From contig CAYRGD010000004.1 of assembly GCA_964423885.1 (NCBI GenBank), forward strand, positions 8,319-72,318: a DNA stretch of 64,000 bases, given 5' to 3'. Shown one piece after another: positions 58,317-64,000 of this stretch. Under the pieces are notes generated by a model, which saw only the letters and a list, made by a program, of their open reading frames with translations, ran no database searches and had not been told where the DNA came from. The stretch is from an uncultured Candidatus Saccharibacteria bacterium. GTDB lineage: Bacteria; Patescibacteriota; UBA1384; JACPKC01. The translations under genes were made by a program, and so were the position numbers. Each line of letters starts with the position of its first letter. The stretch's first letter is position 1.

Positions 58317-58358
58317 CGTCGCTTTGCGTTTCCTTCGAGAACGGTTAAGCTGTCAGGT

Positions 58359-58673
58359 ATGAAACGCGAGGATATCGAGCAGTTGGCGGCGTTGGCGCGG
58401 CTTTCGCTATCGGACGACGAGTTGGCGGAGCGCGGCCAGGATCTGGATGCGATCCTGGGCTACGTCGCGCAGCTTGAGGCGGTCGACGTGACCGGCCTTG
58501 AACCCACCAGCCAGGTGACCGGACTCATGAACGTCCTCCGCGACGACGTGCCGGCCGAAGCGACCGAGGAACAGCTCCTTACCCGCCGGGCCGAGTTGCT
58601 GGCCACGGCGCCCGACCAGCACGACGGCTACGTCCGCGTCCCCGGGGTATTCGCCCAAGGCGGCGACGAATGA
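58359..58673 (+). CDS. gatC: Asp/Glu-tRNA(Asn/Gln) amidotransferase subunit C
   Basis: ..LARLSLSDDEL......L..IL.YV.QL..VD..G.EP. ATGA overlap with gatA. Confidence 0.85.
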   Translation: MKREDIEQLAALARLSLSDDELAERGQDLDAILGYVAQLEAVDVTGLEPTSQVTGLMNVLRDDVPAEATEEQLLTRRAELLATAPDQHDGYVRVPGVFAQGGDE

Positions 58674-60151
58674 GCTTGCTCGGCACGATCGCGGATGCTG
58701 CCAAGCGCTTGGCAGCCGGCGAGGTGTCGGCCAAGGAATTGGCCGAAGAGCACCTCAGCCGGATCGTAGAGCACAATCCTGCGCTCAACGCGTACCTGTC
58801 CGTCGACCGCGAGGGCGCGATCGCGGCTGCCGAGGCGTCGGACGTCCGCCGGGCCGAGGGCAAAGCCTTGGGCCTGCTCGATGGGATCCCGGTGTCTGTC
58901 AAAGACGTATTCACCACCAAGGGGATCGAGACGACCGCGGCGTCCACGATGCTCGAAGGGTTCGTACCGGCCTATGACGCGACGATCGTCAGCCGCTTGA
59001 AGGATGCCGGCACGGTGATCCTCGGCAAGGTCAATTGCGATGCCTGGGCGCACGGATCGAGCACCGAAAATTCCGACTTCGGGCCGAGCAAGAATCCGTG
59101 GGATAGCGCTCGGGTGCCGGGCGGCAGCTCGGGCGGTTCGTCGGCCGCGGTGGCAGCGGGGCTGGGACTGGCCTCGTTGGGTACCGACACCGGCGGTTCG
59201 ATCCGCCAACCGGCGGCACTCACCGGCACGACCGGCTTGAAACCTACCTACGGCCGCCTGTCGCGCCACGGCCTCATCGCCATGGCGAGCTCGCTCGATT
59301 GCCCTGGCCCGATCACGCGCACCGCCGAGGACGCGGCGATCTTGCTCCACGCGCTCTCGTCACCCGATCCCATGGACGCCACCACCTTGCCCGAGGCGCG
59401 GTTTCCGCTCGTGGCGGTCGGCGACCAGCCGAAGCCGCTCGACGGGTTACGCATCGGCCTGCCGCGCGAGTACTTCGCCGATGGCCTGGCCGCCGACGTG
59501 GCCGAGCGAGTCCAGGCAGCGGTCCGGCAGCTTGAGGCGCTCGGCGCCACGATCGTCGATGTTTCGCTCCCGACCACGCCCTACGCCTTGGCGGCCTACT
59601 ACGTAATCATGCCGGCCGAGGTGTCGAGCAACCTGGCGCGCTACGACGGCATCCGCTACGGCTACCGCGCGGACGCGCCCAAGGATCTGTACGACCTGTA
59701 CGTACGCTCGCGCTCCGAAGGCCTAGGCATCGAGGCCAAGCGGCGGATCATGCTCGGCACGTTCGTATTGTCGCACGGGTACTACGACGCGTACTACAAG
59801 AAGGCGATGCAGGTGCGCACCAAATTGATCGACGATTACACCCGCGTCTTCGGCGAGGTGGATATCCTGGCCACGCCGACCACGCCGAATCCCGCCTTCA
59901 AATTCGGTGAGAAGACAGCCGACCCGCTCGCCATGTACTTGGAGGATATCTACACCGTCTCGGCCAACCTGGCCGGCATCCCCGGCATCTCGGTGCCGTG
60001 CGGCTTCGTCGAGCGCGAGGGGAGCGAGTTGCCGGTCGGTGTGCAGCTGTTGGGGCCGCAACTGGGTGAGGAAGCGATCCTGCGCGCCGCCATAAGCTAC
60101 CAGCGGGAGACGGATTGGCACCAGAAACACGCTCCGGGGTTCATGCGATGA
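58670..60151 (+). CDS. gatA: Asp/Glu-tRNA(Asn/Gln) amidotransferase subunit A
   Basis: Amidase signature ..GGSSGGSSAAVAAG.. and a catalytic Ser-cisSer-Lys context. Confidence 0.9.
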   Translation: MSLLGTIADAAKRLAAGEVSAKELAEEHLSRIVEHNPALNAYLSVDREGAIAAAEASDVRRAEGKALGLLDGIPVSVKDVFTTKGIETTAASTMLEGFVPAYDATIVSRLKDAGTVILGKVNCDAWAHGSSTENSDFGPSKNPWDSARVPGGSSGGSSAAVAAGLGLASLGTDTGGSIRQPAALTGTTGLKPTYGRLSRHGLIAMASSLDCPGPITRTAEDAAILLHALSSPDPMDATTLPEARFPLVAVGDQPKPLDGLRIGLPREYFADGLAADVAERVQAAVRQLEALGATIVDVSLPTTPYALAAYYVIMPAEVSSNLARYDGIRYGYRADAPKDLYDLYVRSRSEGLGIEAKRRIMLGTFVLSHGYYDAYYKKAMQVRTKLIDDYTRVFGEVDILATPTTPNPAFKFGEKTADPLAMYLEDIYTVSANLAGIPGISVPCGFVEREGSELPVGVQLLGPQLGEEAILRAAISYQRETDWHQKHAPGFMR

Positions 60152-60585
60152 CCGCCCGGCGCGCCCGTACGTCCAGCCCAACGTCGAACCTGGCAGCCCA
60201 GTTCGGTGCGGCGGTTGCCGGGATCTGGCGGCTGTTCCGGCGCTCGTCCGCACCGGCGTTCAACCAAGATAAGCTGCGATCCCAGTTCGCCGGGATCGAG
60301 CACGGACTCGCCGGCGGCGATGCGGCCCATGCCGCGCAGGCCGTCATGCAGGCCGACAGTTTCCTCGACGGCGTCATGCGCACGGCCGGCGGCCAGGGAA
60401 CCAGCTTCGCCGACCGCTTGCGCAGCTTGGAGCGCCGCTTCGAGCACACAACGTACCAGGCGGTGTGGGACGCGCACAAACTGCGGAACGTGATCGCCCA
60501 CGAACACCCGACGGTGACGGCAGCCCAGGCCCGTGCGGCGCTCGCCGCGTTCCGCCGCGCCGCCAGCCAGTTAGGAGCGTTCTGA
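60148..60585 (+). CDS. Small helical protein with a HepT/HEPN-like Rx4HxH motif, inserted between gatA and gatB
   Basis: ..WDAHKLRNVIAHEHPTV.. about 25 aa from the C-terminus, close to the HepT consensus RN..xHEY. ATGA overlap with gatA and TGATG overlap with gatB. Confidence 0.45.
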   Translation: MTARRARTSSPTSNLAAQFGAAVAGIWRLFRRSSAPAFNQDKLRSQFAGIEHGLAGGDAAHAAQAVMQADSFLDGVMRTAGGQGTSFADRLRSLERRFEHTTYQAVWDAHKLRNVIAHEHPTVTAAQARAALAAFRRAASQLGAF

Positions 60586-62021
60586 TGGCCACGCAGTACG
60601 AAACCGTGATCGGGATGGAGATCCACGCCGAACTGGCGACGGCGACCAAGATGTTCTGCAGCTGCCGCAACGCGCCGTTCGAGTCGGCGCCGAACACCAA
60701 CGTCTGTCCGCTCTGCCTCGGGATGCCCGGCACCTTGCCGGTCATGAACAAGCAGGCGGTCGAGTGGACGGTGGACCTGGGCTACGACGTGGGCGCCACC
60801 GTCGCGCCGTTCACCAAGTGGGACCGCAAGAGCTACATGTACCCCGACTTGCCCAAAGGCTACCAGTTGAGCCAGTACGACTTGCCGATCCTGTCCGGCG
60901 GCGCGATCGAGTTCGTCGATGCGGCGGGCGAGGTCAAGCGGATCAACTTGACCCGGATCCATCTCGAAGAGGACACCGGCAAGCTTGTCCACGCCGCGGA
61001 CGGTTCCAGCCTGGTCGACTACAACCGCGCAGGCGTGCCGCTCCTGGAATTAGTCTCGGAACCGGAACTCCGCAGCCCCGACGACGCCAAGCGGTTCTGC
61101 CAGACGTACCAGTTTATCCTGCAACGGCGCGGCCTGTCGCGGGCCGACATGGAAAAAGGCGAGCTCCGCTGCGAGGCCAACATCTCGGTGCGCCCTGTCG
61201 GTACGACAGCATTCGGCACCAAGGTCGAGGTCAAGAACCTCAACTCGTTCCGGGCGATGGAGCGGGCGATCGCGTACGAGGTGGAACGCCAGATCGCGGC
61301 GCTCGAAACTGGCGAGCCGCTCTACCAGGAAACGCGCGGCTGGGACGAGGCCAAGCAGCAGACCTATGTCCAGCGCCGCAAGGAAACCGCTGCCGACTAC
61401 CGCTACTTCCCCGAACCCGACCTGCCGCCGGTGACGCCGGGCGCGCTCTGGGACCTTCTTGCCAAGGAACGCGCCGCCTTGCCGTACCCGCACGAAGCGG
61501 CGGCCGAGCTCATGCACGAGTACCGGCTGCCCGCGTCGGTCGCGGCCTACTTTACCGGCGACGCCGCCGCCTTTGCTGTCTGGGCCGAACTCGTCGGCGA
61601 GCTTGCGGAGCCGACCGAGGCCCAGCGCGCCCAGCTTGCCGCCGCGGCTACGATGTACGCCAACGTCGACGCCGTCCGCCGCTTGAACGTGCCGCAGCTT
61701 ACCGAACTGGCCGGCCTCGTTGTCACCGGCACGATCTCGAAATCCCAAGCCCGCGAGGTGGCCGACGAGGCAGTGGCCCGCGGCCTCGAGCCGGCCGAAG
61801 TCGTGACCGAGCTCGGTCTCGGGCAGGTCTCGGACGAGGGCGCGATCGGCGCGATTATCGACCAGGTCCTGGCCGACAATGCCGATGCGGTCGCCAGGAT
61901 CAAGGCAGGCAAGGCCGAGGCGCGCGGGTTCCTGGTCGGCCAGGCGATGCGCGCTGCCAAGGGCACGGCGAACCCCCAACTCGTCAACCGTTTGCTCGAC
62001 GACCGGCTCGCTGCCGAGTGA
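60585..62021 (+). CDS. gatB: Asp/Glu-tRNA(Asn/Gln) amidotransferase subunit B
   Basis: MATQYETVIGMEIHAELATATKMFC.C.. with a C-terminal GatB/YqeY domain. AGGAG SD upstream. Confidence 0.9.
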   Translation: MATQYETVIGMEIHAELATATKMFCSCRNAPFESAPNTNVCPLCLGMPGTLPVMNKQAVEWTVDLGYDVGATVAPFTKWDRKSYMYPDLPKGYQLSQYDLPILSGGAIEFVDAAGEVKRINLTRIHLEEDTGKLVHAADGSSLVDYNRAGVPLLELVSEPELRSPDDAKRFCQTYQFILQRRGLSRADMEKGELRCEANISVRPVGTTAFGTKVEVKNLNSFRAMERAIAYEVERQIAALETGEPLYQETRGWDEAKQQTYVQRRKETAADYRYFPEPDLPPVTPGALWDLLAKERAALPYPHEAAAELMHEYRLPASVAAYFTGDAAAFAVWAELVGELAEPTEAQRAQLAAAATMYANVDAVRRLNVPQLTELAGLVVTGTISKSQAREVADEAVARGLEPAEVVTELGLGQVSDEGAIGAIIDQVLADNADAVARIKAGKAEARGFLVGQAMRAAKGTANPQLVNRLLDDRLAAE

Positions 62022-62065
62022 TTGTTCACAGCTACGACTCAGGAACGCCGTGCTAGAATACGCCT

Positions 62066-63295
62066 ATGCCTGATATCACCTACGTCGACGACCACGACGA
62101 CGCGGTCCGCCCGCCGTCGCAGCACCAGAACCCGCACCCGCAGTTCCGGCACCAGCGCCGGGGCGGCGGTTTCGTCTTTTTGCTCTTTATGAGCCTGCTC
62201 ATGGGCGCCATCGGGGCGCTCGGGATCATCGTGGCGCTCCAGACCACCAATCTGGCCCACTACCTTGGCTTGAAGCAGGACCAGGTACTCGGCAGTACCA
62301 CGACCGACCGGATCGTCCTCGAAGAGAGCTCGGCCATCACCGACTCGGTCGACAAGGTGGCACCGGCGGTCGTGTCGATCACGACCACCTCGAACGTGCA
62401 GGATTTCTTCGGCCGCACCTTCGAGCAGAAGGGCGGCGGTACCGGGTTCATCCTGACCGCGGACGGCTTGATCGTCACCAACAAGCACGTGGTGAGCGAC
62501 GCCAACGCGACCTACCACGTCTTTACGAACGACGGCAAGGACTACGAGGCGAAGGTGGTTGCGCGCGATTCCTTGAACGACCTGGCGGTGATCAAGATCG
62601 AGGCGACCGGCTTGCCGGTGGTCGAGCTGGGCAGTTCCGACGACCTCAAAGTCGGCCAGTGGGTGATCGCGATCGGGAACGCGCTCGGCGAGTTCAATAA
62701 CTCGGTCACGGTAGGCGTCATTTCGGCCAAGGAGCGGCAGATCACGGCCGAAGGCGCGAGCGGCGGCGTATCCGAAGACCTGTCCGGCCTGTTGCAGACC
62801 GATGCGGCGATCAATCCCGGCAACTCGGGCGGCCCGCTCGTCAACCTCAAGGGCCAGGTAGTGGGTATCAATACCGCGATCGCGGGCAACGCCGAAAACA
62901 TCGGCTTCGCGATCCCGATCAACCTGGTGAGCAAGGCGATCCAGAGCGTCAAGGATACCGGCACGATCATCCGGCCGATGGTCGGCATCCGCTACGTGCC
63001 GGTCACGAACGAGATGGCCAAGGCGCAGTCGCTCCCGATCGACTACGGCGTCTTGGTGCTGCGCGGTACGACCGCCAGCGACGTGGCCGTGTTACCGGAT
63101 TCACCGGCTGCCAAGGCGGGCATCGTCGAGAACGATATCCTGACCGAGATCGACGGTAAACGGATCGACGAGAACCACTCGCTCCTGTCGATCTTGGCCA
63201 ACTACAACGTCGGCGACACGATCAAAGTGACGCTCTACCACGGCAGCGAAAAAAAGACCGTCGACGTGACGCTCGTCGAGCAGAAGAGCCAGTAG
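62066..63295 (+). CDS. htrA: Serine protease HtrA/DegP (trypsin-like domain plus one PDZ)
   Basis: His in ..GSGFILTADGLIVTNKHVV, Asp in ..NDLAVIKI, Ser in ..GNSGGPL and a C-terminal PDZ domain. Confidence 0.9.
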   Translation: MPDITYVDDHDDAVRPPSQHQNPHPQFRHQRRGGGFVFLLFMSLLMGAIGALGIIVALQTTNLAHYLGLKQDQVLGSTTTDRIVLEESSAITDSVDKVAPAVVSITTTSNVQDFFGRTFEQKGGGTGFILTADGLIVTNKHVVSDANATYHVFTNDGKDYEAKVVARDSLNDLAVIKIEATGLPVVELGSSDDLKVGQWVIAIGNALGEFNNSVTVGVISAKERQITAEGASGGVSEDLSGLLQTDAAINPGNSGGPLVNLKGQVVGINTAIAGNAENIGFAIPINLVSKAIQSVKDTGTIIRPMVGIRYVPVTNEMAKAQSLPIDYGVLVLRGTTASDVAVLPDSPAAKAGIVENDILTEIDGKRIDENHSLLSILANYNVGDTIKVTLYHGSEKKTVDVTLVEQKSQ

Positions 63296-63318
63296 ACGAG
63301 GCTCGGGTAAGGAAAACG

Positions 63319-64000
63319 TCAGCTCACCGTTTCAACGCTATGGACGCGGATGAAAGCCGGTGGGATCGGGCCTTGAACGAGCACTTCGGGGAATGAGGTG
63401 AACGTCCGTAGTCGTTCGGCCAGGGGTTGCGTTCGATACGTTGCCAATGGCACCGACGACTCCCAGTAGGCGTCTGCGTAGCTGGATGCGCTCTCCGAAC
63501 CCCAGCGCTTGAGACTTAGCATGAACTCGGTGAAATATTCCGCTTCGGCGACAAGGCCTGCGTCCGGATCCACCTTGAGTTCGAGCACGACGCCTCCCTT
63601 GCCCATACGGCTTCGTACCTCTCCTAAATCCGCGAATGCATAGACGGCTTGATCCCTGTGCATGGCTCCGGGTCTGCTCGGTGACGCGTCAACGGCTCCG
63701 TTCGCACGCAGATATTCCGTGCTTGCCGAAAGCTCCTCTGGCGAAAGCGCCTGCCGGGACGGCTGCAGCCCCTCTTGGGAAATCCGGGGTAATCGCCCTT
63801 CTTCGGTGTAGTGGAATACTGAGACGAAGTGGGAAGGCACGGCATCCGAAAATGCCTCCTTGAAGAGTGGGTTGCCTCGATGTTTTTGTTGCAGTTGCTG
63901 GTAGAGTTCCGATTTGAAGGCGTACTCGACGTCAAAGCGCTCTTTGAGCTCTGTCAGTACCTGCAGCTCTTCGTCGATCCATTCCTGTTCGTCGGTATCC
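63319..64000 (-). CDS. Hypothetical protein whose 5' end is probably beyond the window. The tracked ORF 63319..63840 begins with GTG, but the frame stays open to position 64000.
   Basis: Low GC. The upstream frame (..DEQEWIDEELQVLTELKERFDVEYAFKSELYQQLQQKH..) has no stops to the window edge. Confidence 0.4.
   Translation of the reverse strand, partial: DTDEQEWIDEELQVLTELKERFDVEYAFKSELYQQLQQKHRGNPLFKEAFSDAVPSHFVSVFHYTEEGRLPRISQEGLQPSRQALSPEELSASTEYLRANGAVDASPSRPGAMHRDQAVYAFADLGEVRSRMGKGGVVLELKVDPDAGLVAEAEYFTEFMLSLKRWGSESASSYADAYWESSVPLATYRTQPLAERLRTFTSFPEVLVQGPIPPAFIRVHSVETVS

Overview
This window is a high-GC (roughly two-thirds G+C by eye), gene-dense chromosomal segment in which almost every gene is on the + strand. 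Many consecutive genes have overlapping stop/start codons (ATGA/TGATG), so translational coupling is common. From left to right the window holds: (i) two lone receiver-domain (REC-only) response regulators, hypothetical genes and a cluster of three tRNAs (Ser-GCT, Arg-GCG, Arg-CCG). (ii) A roughly 14-kb envelope-glycan locus with GT4 and GT2 glycosyltransferases, a Wzx flippase, two head-to-head Wzy/O-antigen-ligase-like paralogs, a Wzz-like protein, a secreted protein, a GT-C-like membrane protein and a stand-alone murE. (iii) A compact type IV pilus/pseudopilus locus made of a REC-only regulator, PilB, PilC fused to a C-terminal SH3b domain, three pseudopilins, a 1435-aa prepilin-anchored adhesin, two tandemly duplicated major pilins, a HAMP-only protein and a multi-TM PAS histidine kinase. 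(iv) Housekeeping genes: dnaX, dnaB, pcrA/uvrD, a yabE/rpfB-like gene next to ksgA/rsmA, rsmI, metG, tatD, mnmA, ctpA, rplI, lemA, htpX, ligA, gatC, gatA, gatB and htrA. The adjacencies metG–tatD and yabE–ksgA are typical of Terrabacteria (Firmicutes and Actinobacteria). Inserted into this backbone are three clearly lower-GC stretches (about 50% G+C by eye) that look horizontally acquired. The first (about 46.3–48.7 kb) carries a class-I SAM methyltransferase and a divergent pair of paralogous genes encoding an N-terminal alpha/beta domain fused to a C-terminal winged helix. The second (about 55.4–58.3 kb) carries an acyl-ACP-reductase-family homolog and an unrelated 469-aa protein. The third starts at about 63.3 kb and runs past the window end. 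Other notable items are a HepT/HEPN-like ORF wedged between gatA and gatB, an extremely acidic 87-aa protein with a near-consensus promoter, and a low-GC multi-hairpin leader upstream of the yabE/rpfB-like gene. Many genes have a TATACT/TATAGT −10 box 6–9 nt upstream of the ATG with no Shine–Dalgarno sequence, suggesting leaderless mRNAs. The long antisense ORFs in the six-frame track are treated as high-GC artefacts.
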